Positions 20,317 to 30,019 of a stretch of DNA of 64,000 nucleotides are shown here, piece after piece. Each line of letters opens with the position of its first letter. Positions within the stretch are counted from its first letter, which is position 1. Location of the stretch: the NCBI GenBank assembly GCA_964022095.1, contig CAXHZO010000001.1, positions 224,001 through 288,000 on the forward strand, in the 5' to 3' direction. The position numbers and the translations under genes are program-made. The DNA is from an uncultured Arcobacteraceae bacterium. Lineage in GTDB: Bacteria; Campylobacterota; Campylobacteria; Campylobacterales; Arcobacteraceae. Under the pieces are notes generated by a model. That model was not told the DNA's origin and did not search any database. It was given only the letters and a program-made list of their open reading frames with translations.

Positions 20317-23300
20317 TTATTTGATTTCGTAAACTGCTGTTGAGCCACTCATTTCAAAAGCAACTAATAATAAAGCATTACCAGTTGGCGAATTATCAGC
20401 TTTTATAAATTTCATACCCTCAGGAGAAATATCTCCATCTTTTTGAGTGTTAATAAACTTAACAAATTTAGCATCTGCTGGTATTGTAATATCATATACT
20501 ACAATTGCATTTTGTCTTTCTAATCCTACAAAAGCATAAGTTTGAGTTCCAATTTTACCAACAGTTATAGCTTCAGGCTCAACACCTTTATTTCCACTTC
20601 TACCATCAATATCACCATCATCTTGGTTAAATAAATTTGGCATCATTTTTGAAGTTATTTTTGAAAGTGCATCACCACTATCCCAAACTAAGTTTGCTTC
20701 ATCATCCCAAATTGTGAAACTTCTTGCACCAAATGCATATAATTTATCATAATCACCATCTAAATCTGTATCACCCATATCAGTGATAACTTTTAAATCA
20801 TTTTCATCTGAATAAGAAGCAGAGATTACAGAATCTAAATCAAGTTTTTTAATTTTTGCTTCATCAACAAAAACATCATTATCTGATGAGTCTAAATACT
20901 CTCTTCCATCACCTTCATTTGCTGTAACTAAATAAGTTTTACCATCAACTTTATATGAAGCGATTGAATCAGGCATATATAAACCTTTTAATCCCTTATA
21001 ATTCTTCATTAATGCAAAACCTTCTTCTTCAATATCAATTGTATTTTCATTTTCATAATCTTTAGATCCTAAAGATTTAACAGCAATTACAACTGGAGTT
21101 GAAGTACTAATATCTATTTTTGCAACTGCATTGTTTTCTTGTAAAGTTACATATGCATAAGTTCCACTAACTGTGATATATTCTGGTTCTAAATCTAAAG
21201 CCTTATCATCACTTGGTGTTCCACCTAATCTAACAGGTGTTTCATCTTCTGCATTACTTAATGTTGCATTTTCAAATCCAACCTCAGCATATCCTGTATC
21301 GTTATCTTCAACATTTGCATCAGCTAATGTTACAATACCAACTGTTCCTGCTACATCAACATAAGTTCCAGATGAAGCATCAGGTTCACCTTCATTTGCT
21401 ACAATAACTTTTGCACCATCTTCACTAAATGTAACCATATCAGGTAAATATCCAACAGTTGTTTGAGAAATTAAATTACCTTCAACATCAAACACTACAA
21501 CTTTCCCTTTTGTAGTTACTTTATCAGAACTTCCAACTGCAACTGCAACTTTTCCATTTGCTACTGCAACACTTTGAACACCAGCACCATAAGTTGATAA
21601 ATCAACTTGTGTAGTTGTTCCTAAAGTTCCATCTTCATTCATAGGTGTAATATCTAAAGTATTATCTGCCCCATTAGTTGTAAACATCTTTTGTGAGTTT
21701 TTGTCAAAGGCAACAATTTCACTTCCAGCTTCTTTAGAAGTTTCTAAAGTTGCGATTTTAGTTACTGAATCAATAGTTTTAACATCATTTAACTCAGTTA
21801 AATTTTTAAATGGTCCTACATATCCAATCACAGATTGTCCTGCATCAGTTGTATTATCATCTGGGTGTTGAGTAACTACAGACATATATCCAAAGCCATT
21901 TGCTAAATCAGTATACCAAAATGGAGAAGTAGACTCAGCTCCAACTGGAGTTGTAAATGTTCTCGTTAACTCTTTTGTTTTCACATTGTATGACCATACA
22001 ACATTGTTTTCATGTTTCCCTGTATCTTCACCAATAGTTAAAACATCAGAGTTAGGTAAAAATGAAACATTATCTGGATTTGAAATTCCATTTACATCAC
22101 AATAGTTCCCAGCGTATGTAGTTCCATCTTCATAAGTTATAGGGTTACCTTCTAAGATTGAATACATATTTTCAACTACATATTTAGAAGATATTTTTGA
22201 ATCAGCAGTATCTTTTAACATATTTGTTGAAACATCTAATGCATAAACTGCACCACATTTATTTTGTTCAACTTTAATATCATCATTTCCACCTAAATCA
22301 TTTGAAGAATTTTCTTCCATCCCTCTTTCAACAGAACTCATTGCAACATATAAAGTTCCACTGTTTTTATCAAAAGTAATACCTTCTTCTTTTCTAAACT
22401 CAGTTGTTGCACCCATGTATGCAGCATATCTTCTAGTTTCTAATCTTGAAGCAGCTTTTTCCATACCATCTTTAAGTTTTAAACACTCTTGTCCTGCACT
22501 TGTATTAACTGAAGTAAATCCTTCAGAACAAGTTCCATCTATACCTTCAGATACTTCAAAAATATCAGAGAAATTTAAAGCATCATTAGTAGTTACATCA
22601 CCATCTGGATCTAAATAATCTCTAATCTCAGAATTTGTAGAATGTCCTAAATTAATCCAAGTTATATCAGCTTCACCAGCTCCAACTCCAATTTCAGATG
22701 TTTGATTCCATTTTGCAGCATATAATGTACCAGTACTTAAGTCTTTTGCTTTATCTGCAACAAACATAAATAACCCAACATTTGTTCCATCATCACTCAT
22801 ATACACAGTTTTATTATCTGGCATCACATATGATAATTCATGAGAGAATCTACCCATTGAATAGTGTTTAGAGTATTGAGCTTCTCCGTCATCACTAATT
22901 TTAACTTCTGGAGACCAACCATAATAGTATGGGTTCATTTTTGTAAAATCACCACCCCAGAATTTTGCAGTTTCATCATAATACTTACTTCCAGTTGCTT
23001 TATCAAATCCAGCAGCTTCAACTGCTCTTGCATCAGTTTCATACTCTTCAGAACCTAAATGAGATTCCCAAGGTGTTTTTTGACCAGCACAGTGAACAAA
23101 TCCACCAAACTCATCTTTTTGTGAAATAAACTCTAATGTTCCCTCTTTTGCACTTAATTTTCCATCTTCTTTTTGCTCTAATTCAGTCATGTACATTGCA
23201 CCAATTTGACACTCAAATTGTGAAACCATATATAATTTATCATTTACATTTAAAAATGAAGAGTAATCAAGTCCAGAACCAACACCTTCATTTGTACCAT

Positions 23301-24081
23301 TACAAATATATGGCTCACCTTCACCAAAAGTTATAGCTTCATCATTCATATCTTTTACTAAACCAAAAATTTCTTTTGTAGTATCATCTTGATAATTTGT
23401 ATGCATTATCGGTGTATAAGAAATTTCTTGTTCAGTTCCATTAATCATAACTTTTGAACTAGCTTGTTGAGTTAATTTATCTATTTCAGTAACTGGAGTT
23501 TGAATCTCTTCAAATTTAACTTCAACTCTTTTTGAAGTTTTTGCAGAAGCTATTTTCCCTTTATTTTTTTCAAACTTAGTTTTTAAATCACTATCTACAT
23601 CAATGTCAGATAATAAACTTTCACTAAATTTATCAAATGAACTAAAATCAGTAATATCATCAGTTGCACTTTTAAAAGTTTCTGAAATTTTAGCATTTTG
23701 TGCTTTTGATAACTCTGCTTGAGTTAATCCAGTTGCTGCAGATACATATCCCCAAATTGCATCAGAACTAACATTTGGGTTTTTTGTAGTATCTTCTAAA
23801 ATACTATCAATAGTTAAATTTGCCCCAGCAGTTGACTTTAGTTTTACTCCACCAAATGTAAATTCACACTCATCACCTGCATTAAAATTATATTCACCAT
23901 TATCATTAGTAGTGCCTGAGTTTGAACCACATACATAATCAATATTCCCTAAATATGGATTAAGTTGTAAAGATCCCGTTGATGTTGAAGAACTTGAATT
24001 ATTTGAAGAACTTCCACAACCAACGAAGGTAAAAGTAGCTAAAAGTGCACATGCACTTAAACTTAAATACGATTTATTCAT
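20317..24081 (-). CDS. Lipoprotein fusion: PhoX (DUF839) alkaline phosphatase plus choice-of-anchor I beta-propeller domain
   Basis: Lipobox FVG-C; PhoX motifs HCAGQKTPWESHLGSEE, GRFSHE, YMSDDG, NPDN, GEDT, GAES, QHP; C-terminal VGYLPDM, ANEGEP, LEPEY, LQENNA, YMPD, ANEGDGR, DGRS.NKGVEPE, GLER, SPEG. Confidence 0.85.
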   Translation of the reverse strand: MNKSYLSLSACALLATFTFVGCGSSSNNSSSSTSTGSLQLNPYLGNIDYVCGSNSGTTNDNGEYNFNAGDECEFTFGGVKLKSTAGANLTIDSILEDTTKNPNVSSDAIWGYVSAATGLTQAELSKAQNAKISETFKSATDDITDFSSFDKFSESLLSDIDVDSDLKTKFEKNKGKIASAKTSKRVEVKFEEIQTPVTEIDKLTQQASSKVMINGTEQEISYTPIMHTNYQDDTTKEIFGLVKDMNDEAITFGEGEPYICNGTNEGVGSGLDYSSFLNVNDKLYMVSQFECQIGAMYMTELEQKEDGKLSAKEGTLEFISQKDEFGGFVHCAGQKTPWESHLGSEEYETDARAVEAAGFDKATGSKYYDETAKFWGGDFTKMNPYYYGWSPEVKISDDGEAQYSKHYSMGRFSHELSYVMPDNKTVYMSDDGTNVGLFMFVADKAKDLSTGTLYAAKWNQTSEIGVGAGEADITWINLGHSTNSEIRDYLDPDGDVTTNDALNFSDIFEVSEGIDGTCSEGFTSVNTSAGQECLKLKDGMEKAASRLETRRYAAYMGATTEFRKEEGITFDKNSGTLYVAMSSVERGMEENSSNDLGGNDDIKVEQNKCGAVYALDVSTNMLKDTADSKISSKYVVENMYSILEGNPITYEDGTTYAGNYCDVNGISNPDNVSFLPNSDVLTIGEDTGKHENNVVWSYNVKTKELTRTFTTPVGAESTSPFWYTDLANGFGYMSVVTQHPDDNTTDAGQSVIGYVGPFKNLTELNDVKTIDSVTKIATLETSKEAGSEIVAFDKNSQKMFTTNGADNTLDITPMNEDGTLGTTTQVDLSTYGAGVQSVAVANGKVAVAVGSSDKVTTKGKVVVFDVEGNLISQTTVGYLPDMVTFSEDGAKVIVANEGEPDASSGTYVDVAGTVGIVTLADANVEDNDTGYAEVGFENATLSNAEDETPVRLGGTPSDDKALDLEPEYITVSGTYAYVTLQENNAVAKIDISTSTPVVIAVKSLGSKDYENENTIDIEEEGFALMKNYKGLKGLYMPDSIASYKVDGKTYLVTANEGDGREYLDSSDNDVFVDEAKIKKLDLDSVISASYSDENDLKVITDMGDTDLDGDYDKLYAFGARSFTIWDDEANLVWDSGDALSKITSKMMPNLFNQDDGDIDGRSGNKGVEPEAITVGKIGTQTYAFVGLERQNAIVVYDITIPADAKFVKFINTQKDGDISPEGMKFIKADNSPTGNALLLVAFEMSGSTAVYEIK

Positions 24082-24118
24082 TATATTTCCTTTTAGATTT
24101 TGTGTTTTGACATCGCTA

Positions 24119-24150
24119 ATTCTAAAATCAAAAAATTACTATTTGATAAC
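24119..24150 (-). promoter_or_regulatory. Pho-box-like promoter of the PhoX-like gene
   Basis: Minus strand GTTAT-caaata-GTAAT (11-bp period), 10 bp, TAGAAT. Confidence 0.7.
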
Positions 24151-24235
24151 ATTTATAAAAATGGTGACTTGATTTTTTAAATATAATAATGACAAGAGCT
24201 ACTACTAGGTACTTTAGTGTTATAAATAAACTTAT

Positions 24236-24258
24236 AAAAAGGATACAGTGGTATCCTT
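24236..24258 (-). terminator. Intrinsic terminator of the four-gene operon
   Basis: AAGGATAC-agtg-GTATCCTT with a T run on the minus strand. Confidence 0.65.
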
Positions 24259-24271
24259 ATTTTTTAAGTTT

Positions 24272-24580
24272 TTAGAATATTTTTATATATTTGTGTTCAG
24301 GAGTTTTTCGTAGATAAAATTCTAATTTTGAAGGTTTTGTATTTGTATTTATTAAAACAGATTTTTTTAAAAAAGGAAATCTTTTATTAGCTAGTTCTTT
24401 ACCGTGCTGATCTAAAAGTTTAATACTATATAAACCACATTTATTTCTACTATTACTACTACATACTATATTTGCTTTTTTTAAACTACTATCATATGAT
24501 ACTTCCAAATCAATTGTGTAACTTACAGGATGAGAAAAAGCTATACTTGCACATAGTAAACTTAATAATATTTTTTTCAT
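24272..24580 (-). CDS. Small secreted hypothetical protein
   Basis: Start MKKILL at 24580 (ATGA overlap with upstream gene); signal peptide followed by HPVSY; two Cys in the mature part. Confidence 0.75.
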   Translation of the reverse strand: MKKILLSLLCASIAFSHPVSYTIDLEVSYDSSLKKANIVCSSNSRNKCGLYSIKLLDQHGKELANKRFPFLKKSVLINTNTKPSKLEFYLRKTPEHKYIKIF

Positions 24581-25059
24581 TTTACAACTCCAATACAATA
24601 ATCATATTCACTCTTTTGAACATCAGTTTTTAAATTTGTTTTTAAATCATTTAACTTATAAGCAAGCATTATCTTTTCATCCATTGTACATACTGTTGTC
24701 TCACTTGTTAGAACAAAAGGAATATCAAAAACAATGCTTAATCTTTTTTTATCAAATAGTAAATCTACATTTTTAGGTTTTATCTCAAACTCTTTATCTT
24801 CATTTGCTAAAAAGATATTATAGTTATTGTTTTTTAACTTATAAAAATGTGCTTCTAAAAACTGTTTTTTTTCATCTTCATCTAAAACTTTATTTCTATT
24901 TTTATCAAAATCAAACATTAAAATTTTTGAGTTCAATCTATCAAATTTCCATATATTTTTTATATTGCTATGGCTTATTTCTAAACTTGAATCTAAAAAA
25001 TAGTGAGGATGAGCAAAAACATAAACTGTAAATATCAAAAATAAAACTAACTTTTTCAT
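24577..25059 (-). CDS. DUF1007 family periplasmic protein
   Basis: Signal peptide then HPHYF; W.FD...S...FDKNRNKVLD. Confidence 0.8.
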   Translation of the reverse strand: MKKLVLFLIFTVYVFAHPHYFLDSSLEISHSNIKNIWKFDRLNSKILMFDFDKNRNKVLDEDEKKQFLEAHFYKLKNNNYNIFLANEDKEFEIKPKNVDLLFDKKRLSIVFDIPFVLTSETTVCTMDEKIMLAYKLNDLKTNLKTDVQKSEYDYCIGVVK

Positions 25060-25787
25060 ACTAATAACACTGCTCCCATGGCAAATAAAATAGCTATTCC
25101 ACCATAAGAGATTAAATTCATAATTGAACTTAGATTTTTGCTATTTGATTTTTTAATTTGTGTTGATAAAATTGCTGCAAGGGAGATTGTAATTCCCATT
25201 CCAATACTCATGGTAATTGCACTTAAAACTCCTAGATTTATGTACCCTAAAATAATAGAAAAAAGAACAATTGACATAACACCAGGACAAGGTACGATTC
25301 CAATACTCATAGTAACAGCTAATAAACTTTTATTTCCCACTCTTTGAACTTTCTCCTCTTCATTTCTATCTTTATATGTTTCATATAATAAAAATAGTGC
25401 AATTAAAATGATAAATATAGCAGATACTTTATACATGTTTGAATTTATATCTGAGAAATATTTTGTAATTGCACTTTCAAAAAACATATATAAAACAAAT
25501 GTAATTACAAGTGCTGAAATTGTATGTATAACAGACGTTAAAAAACCAGCTTTAAAAGCCTCTTTCATTTTTGCACCTTTTACTAAAAAGTAACTAGCAA
25601 TTACCATTTTTCCATGACCTGGCCCTAAAGCATGAATAAGCCCATAAATAAAAGATACTGCTAAAATATACAAGAACATATTCTCATCACCTGCTTCTAA
25701 TTTATCAAATGAATCACTAATTGTTAAATTAATTTTTTGTTGAGTGCTTATTATAAAATTTAAAAACCCATTATATATATCTGTCAT
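25056..25787 (-). CDS. RcnA/NiCoT-like nickel/cobalt transporter
   Basis: YGLIHALGPGHGK and GIVPCPG motifs; about 6 TM; no His-rich loop. Confidence 0.85.
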   Translation of the reverse strand: MTDIYNGFLNFIISTQQKINLTISDSFDKLEAGDENMFLYILAVSFIYGLIHALGPGHGKMVIASYFLVKGAKMKEAFKAGFLTSVIHTISALVITFVLYMFFESAITKYFSDINSNMYKVSAIFIILIALFLLYETYKDRNEEEKVQRVGNKSLLAVTMSIGIVPCPGVMSIVLFSIILGYINLGVLSAITMSIGMGITISLAAILSTQIKKSNSKNLSSIMNLISYGGIAILFAMGAVLLV

Positions 25788-27535
25788 TTTTCAACCTTTT
25801 GTAAATGTGTCATTGTTCCAGCTTTAATATTTTTATGTACATTATTGGAAGGTTTTATATGTACATCTTTTCCGTATATATAGCTTTGTTCATCAACAAT
25901 CACCTTATAAGCTTTATTAAGTTTAATTGCTCTTTTAATACTTGGTAGAATCAAATATGAGATGTCATCTTTTATTTTTTCTAACTCTTGAGTTTTAAAT
26001 TTCCATTCTTGTTTTAATATAACCTCTGGATTTTCTAACTTTGTTATTAAATCTTTTTGTATATTTGAAGTGTTTTTTTCCCAATCTTTTTTAAAAAACT
26101 TTTTCATAACTTCATGATTTGATCTAAACTCATCCCCTGCACTATTGTTTTGTAAATATCTAACATACTCTGTTTGGCCATTATGAAGTTTTTTATCAGG
26201 TATACCTTCTAAACCTTTTTGAGTCCAATGATACCAACCATCTAAATATGAATCAAATTCAAGTTTTCTTTGAAACACATAAGTAGAATCTACAATTGCA
26301 CCAACATTACTATGGCAGCCCATACATGAAAGAGTTTCTTCATAAGTTTGTGGTCTTAAATCACCCTTTTTATCTTCAATAAAACCTTGATAAGTCCATC
26401 CTCTTTTATTTCCAAGACCTTTTTCCATATCACCTAAGTAAACATCTAATCTATCTGGAAAGTCATGTCTTTCTTTTATATCCGCTAAACCTATATTTAT
26501 TAATTGTGAATATGTATTCCAGTGAGTTTTTTTTGCATACCTAAACTCTTTTAATCTTGAAGACATTTTTATTTTTTCATCTTTATCGAAATCTATATAT
26601 CTAACAGTATGCGCAAATTCAGTTCCAATAGGATAAAGTCCTGGAGCAATTTTTATTTTATTTTCAAGTAAAAGTTTTTTTGCAAAACCTACATAAGTCA
26701 TTGAAAAATCATAGATTCTTCTAGTTTTAAAATCATACTTTGGTTTTATCCAATTAAACACAATTTGTGAAGCAATATCTAATTTGCCATTTTGGTTTAA
26801 ATCTACACCAAATTTGTTTTCATCAGTTTTAGGAATATCTATTGTTTTTTGTTTTATTAGTGATTCAACTATTAAAAGATTGATTTTATAAACATCTAAA
26901 TCAAACTCACCATTTTCATCAGTTTGAAACTTTTTTGAAAGTCTAATTAGAACATCATCAGTACTACCATTTGTTGGCCAGAATGTTCCTAAAAATGGTT
27001 GATATGCAAAGGCTCTCCATCCTGAGTATTTATCATTGTTTGTTTTATCGAAACCTTGTGAATCAAAATTAAAATTAATATCAGGAATATATCCATCCCA
27101 TTTTCCATTGTTATTAAAATCCCAATTTTTATTTAAATTTTCAAGTTTTGATTTTAAGATAATTTGACCATCGCTATTTTTATAATTATCTTCTCTTATA
27201 TATTTTAAAATAGCTTCGTTACTTATTTTTTCAATATCTTTTGTTCTATCTTTAAATAAGTTTGTCCATTTGTTTTTTAATGCAGGGGAAGGGAAATCAT
27301 ACCCTTCTTGTAAATCAGCATCTAAAAGTGTGTAATTTGGTTCTTTATTTTTAACATGACATGAAAAACATGGGTTATGCAAAATGTTTTCATTAATATC
27401 ATTTACTGTTTTAGTATAGCATTGACTTGGGATGTATGCTGTTTTATTATATAGCTTTTTTGACTTTAAATCTAACTCTTTACTACACAGAATATTTAGC
27501 AATAAAATACTAAACACCATAATTATTTTAAACAT
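25784..27535 (-). CDS. Exported hypothetical protein with two CxxCH haem c motifs
   Basis: Hydrophobic N-terminus; CFSCH (27356-27370) and CMGCH (26312-26326). Confidence 0.7.
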   Translation of the reverse strand: MFKIIMVFSILLLNILCSKELDLKSKKLYNKTAYIPSQCYTKTVNDINENILHNPCFSCHVKNKEPNYTLLDADLQEGYDFPSPALKNKWTNLFKDRTKDIEKISNEAILKYIREDNYKNSDGQIILKSKLENLNKNWDFNNNGKWDGYIPDINFNFDSQGFDKTNNDKYSGWRAFAYQPFLGTFWPTNGSTDDVLIRLSKKFQTDENGEFDLDVYKINLLIVESLIKQKTIDIPKTDENKFGVDLNQNGKLDIASQIVFNWIKPKYDFKTRRIYDFSMTYVGFAKKLLLENKIKIAPGLYPIGTEFAHTVRYIDFDKDEKIKMSSRLKEFRYAKKTHWNTYSQLINIGLADIKERHDFPDRLDVYLGDMEKGLGNKRGWTYQGFIEDKKGDLRPQTYEETLSCMGCHSNVGAIVDSTYVFQRKLEFDSYLDGWYHWTQKGLEGIPDKKLHNGQTEYVRYLQNNSAGDEFRSNHEVMKKFFKKDWEKNTSNIQKDLITKLENPEVILKQEWKFKTQELEKIKDDISYLILPSIKRAIKLNKAYKVIVDEQSYIYGKDVHIKPSNNVHKNIKAGTMTHLQKVEK

Positions 27536-27560
27536 ATATTTTCCTTCAAATTTAAAGGCA

Positions 27561-27592
27561 ATTATAATTTCAAATAATTACAAGTTGATAAC
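27561..27592 (-). promoter_or_regulatory. Pho-box-like promoter of the dihaem/RcnA operon
   Basis: Minus strand GTTAT-caactt-GTAAT, 10 bp, TATAAT. Confidence 0.7.
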
Positions 27593-27618
27593 AGCCTCAA
27601 AGTGGTTACTTTAAAAGT

Positions 27619-27650
27619 GTCACCTTTTTGTAATCAAAGGTTACTAAAAT
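27619..27650 (+). promoter_or_regulatory. Pho-box-like promoter of the olsF-like gene
   Basis: GTCAC-cttttt-GTAAT, 10 bp, TAAAAT. Confidence 0.65.
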
Positions 27651-27669
27651 TTCATCAAGGAGTATATAG

Positions 27670-29382
27670 ATGATAGATGTACAAAAAGAGATAGAAAAAA
27701 AGTTTCCAAAGATAAAAACAAAACAGAACTTTTTGAAAAAATCTTTATTTAAAGTGGCTAAGAAAATAGTTCATGAAGACTCTATAAACAATTTTTTACA
27801 ACAAAATTCACACCTAAAAGGCTTTGATTTTGTTGATGCGGTTTTAGACTATTTTGATTTTGATTATACAGCTTCTAGTAATGATATTCAAAACATTCCT
27901 TCAAGTGGTAAAGTTGTGATAATTGCAAATCATCCATTAGGTGGACTTGATGCTTTATGCTTATTAAGACTAGTTGGTCAAGTTAGAAAAGATGTAAAAA
28001 TTGTAGCTAATGATTTTTTAGTTGGATTTGAGGCTTTAAGCTCACTTTTTATTCCAATTGACAATTATAAAATGAAGCAATCAAAACAGGATATAAAAAA
28101 TATATATGAAGCTTTAAATAATGAAGAAGCAATCATAATTTTTCCTGCTGGAGAAGTTAGTCGTGCTACTTCAAAAGGAATTAAAGATCCAAATTGGAAC
28201 AAAGGATTTTTAAATTTTGCGAAAAATACAAATTCACCTATTTTGCCAATTTTTTTAAATGCTAAAAACTCTAAGACATTTTATACAATTTCTTTAATAA
28301 ACAAAACATTTTCAACTTTACTTTTATCAAATGAAATGTTTAATAAAAAATCAAAAAGAATAAATATAAAAATTGGAAAAATTATTCCAAATGAAAATAT
28401 TTTACCAAAGGGATTAGATAAAAAATATGTTTTAAATCTATATAGAAAACATCTATACTCATTAAAAAAAGGGAAGAAGTCTTTTTTTGAAACACAAAGT
28501 GCAATTGCCCATCCAGTAAATAGAAAAGATTTATTAAGTGAGCTTAAAAACTCTAAACTAATAGGTCAAACAAGCGATGGTAAAAAAATCTATTTATATG
28601 ATTATGTAGAAGATTCAATTGTACTAAAAGAGCTAGGAAGACTAAGAGAATTGTCTTTTAGAAAAGTTGGGGAAGGTATTAATAAAAAAAGAGACACAGA
28701 TAAGTATGATATTTACTACCAACATATTATTTTATGGGATGAGAATGACTTAGAAATAGTTGGTTCATATAGAATTGGTAATAGTGATTTTATATTTAAA
28801 AATATTGGAGTAAAAGGTTTTTATTCATATAATTTATTTAAATACAATGAAGAGTTTACACCTTATTTAAAAAATTCAATTGAGCTTGGAAGAAGTTTTG
28901 TTCAGCCAAAGTATTGGGGAACTAGAGCACTTGATTATCTATGGTTTGGAATTGGAGCTTATTTAAAAACTAATCCACAAATAAAATATATGTTTGGTCC
29001 CGTTTCACTTAGTGCAACTTATCCAAAAACTGCAAAAGATTTATTAGTATTTTATTATAAGCACTATTTTGGAGAGAGTAAACAACTTGTAAATTCAACA
29101 CAACCTTATCAATTTTCTAATAAACAATCAGAAATAAAACAACTTTTTAATTTAGAAGATAGAAAAAAAGATTTTAAAGTACTAAAAGCAAGTTTAGCAA
29201 ATATGAATGTTTCTGTACCAACTTTATATAAACAATATAGCGACATAGCACAAGATGGTGGTGTTAAATTTTTAGGATTTAATATTGATAAAGATTTTAA
29301 TGATTGTATCGATGGATTTATATTAGTAGAAGTAGATAAAATTAAAGATACTGCAAGAAAAAGATATATAGATAAAGAGTAA
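27670..29382 (+). CDS. olsF: Bifunctional acyltransferase, OlsF-like ornithine lipid synthase (PlsC plus GNAT domains)
   Basis: N-terminal ANHPLGGLD and FPAGEVS; C-terminal ELGRLRELSFRKVGEG, GSYRIG, ELGRSFVQPKYW...LDYLW.GIG. Confidence 0.72.
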   Translation: MIDVQKEIEKKFPKIKTKQNFLKKSLFKVAKKIVHEDSINNFLQQNSHLKGFDFVDAVLDYFDFDYTASSNDIQNIPSSGKVVIIANHPLGGLDALCLLRLVGQVRKDVKIVANDFLVGFEALSSLFIPIDNYKMKQSKQDIKNIYEALNNEEAIIIFPAGEVSRATSKGIKDPNWNKGFLNFAKNTNSPILPIFLNAKNSKTFYTISLINKTFSTLLLSNEMFNKKSKRINIKIGKIIPNENILPKGLDKKYVLNLYRKHLYSLKKGKKSFFETQSAIAHPVNRKDLLSELKNSKLIGQTSDGKKIYLYDYVEDSIVLKELGRLRELSFRKVGEGINKKRDTDKYDIYYQHIILWDENDLEIVGSYRIGNSDFIFKNIGVKGFYSYNLFKYNEEFTPYLKNSIELGRSFVQPKYWGTRALDYLWFGIGAYLKTNPQIKYMFGPVSLSATYPKTAKDLLVFYYKHYFGESKQLVNSTQPYQFSNKQSEIKQLFNLEDRKKDFKVLKASLANMNVSVPTLYKQYSDIAQDGGVKFLGFNIDKDFNDCIDGFILVEVDKIKDTARKRYIDKE

Positions 29383-29394
29383 ACCTCTTTATCT
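29370..29394. terminator. Bidirectional terminator between olsF-like and rhodanese genes
   Basis: AGATAAAGAG-taaac-CTCTTTATCT. Confidence 0.55.
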
Positions 29395-29400
29395 TAAAAA

Positions 29401-29916
29401 CTATTTTTTACAGTGTTGAGCATAGAACTCACCAAATTTAAGTCCTGTTCCATCTCTGTCTTTTTTTACTGTATATTTTGTACCTACAGCATTACACTCA
29501 TCAATCCATGAGTATAAATCATAAACTTTTACTGTTTTAAAACCCATTTGTCTAAATGTTTGTGCTTCAATTGATGCTCTTGCTGCTGAGTTACAAACAA
29601 CAATTAATTTATCTTTTACAAAATTATCATCAATATCTGTAACAACATTTGCTAGAGCTACTTCAGGTGCTTGTCTACCAATTCTATAACTTCCTGGAAT
29701 ATTAGCCCCTGACCACTCTTCTAATGTTCTTACATCAACAACTGCCCAGTCTTTTGATTTTAAAGCTTTTTTTACTTCTTGAGTTGTTGCATAAGTACCT
29801 GCTTTTTTCTCTTGAGCTTTTAAATTTTTTGTTAAACTTTTGTAGTCAATAAAACCTTCTGCTAACATTGTTGAAGCTAATAAACCTAATCCTAGTAAAA
29901 TATTTCCTAATTTCAT
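29401..29916 (-). CDS. Periplasmic rhodanese-like sulfurtransferase
   Basis: Signal peptide; VDVRTLEEW; active loop CNSAARA. Confidence 0.85.
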   Translation of the reverse strand: MKLGNILLGLGLLASTMLAEGFIDYKSLTKNLKAQEKKAGTYATTQEVKKALKSKDWAVVDVRTLEEWSGANIPGSYRIGRQAPEVALANVVTDIDDNFVKDKLIVVCNSAARASIEAQTFRQMGFKTVKVYDLYSWIDECNAVGTKYTVKKDRDGTGLKFGEFYAQHCKK

Positions 29917-30019
29917 CTTTTCTCCTTAATGATTTAAGAAGAGTTTATATTAAATATCTTTACATATAAGTTAAAACTATAATTTATTTATTTATAAATA
30001 TTATAATAAATTATAGTAT

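Noticed and set aside
24581-24598. MYWSCK extension of the small secreted protein
   Set aside because: ATG at 24580 gives a clean signal peptide and ATGA coupling
29976-30017. AT-only inverted repeat after the Kef antiporter gene
   Set aside because: Possibly a terminator, but almost pure A/T with a long loop; cannot be told from background
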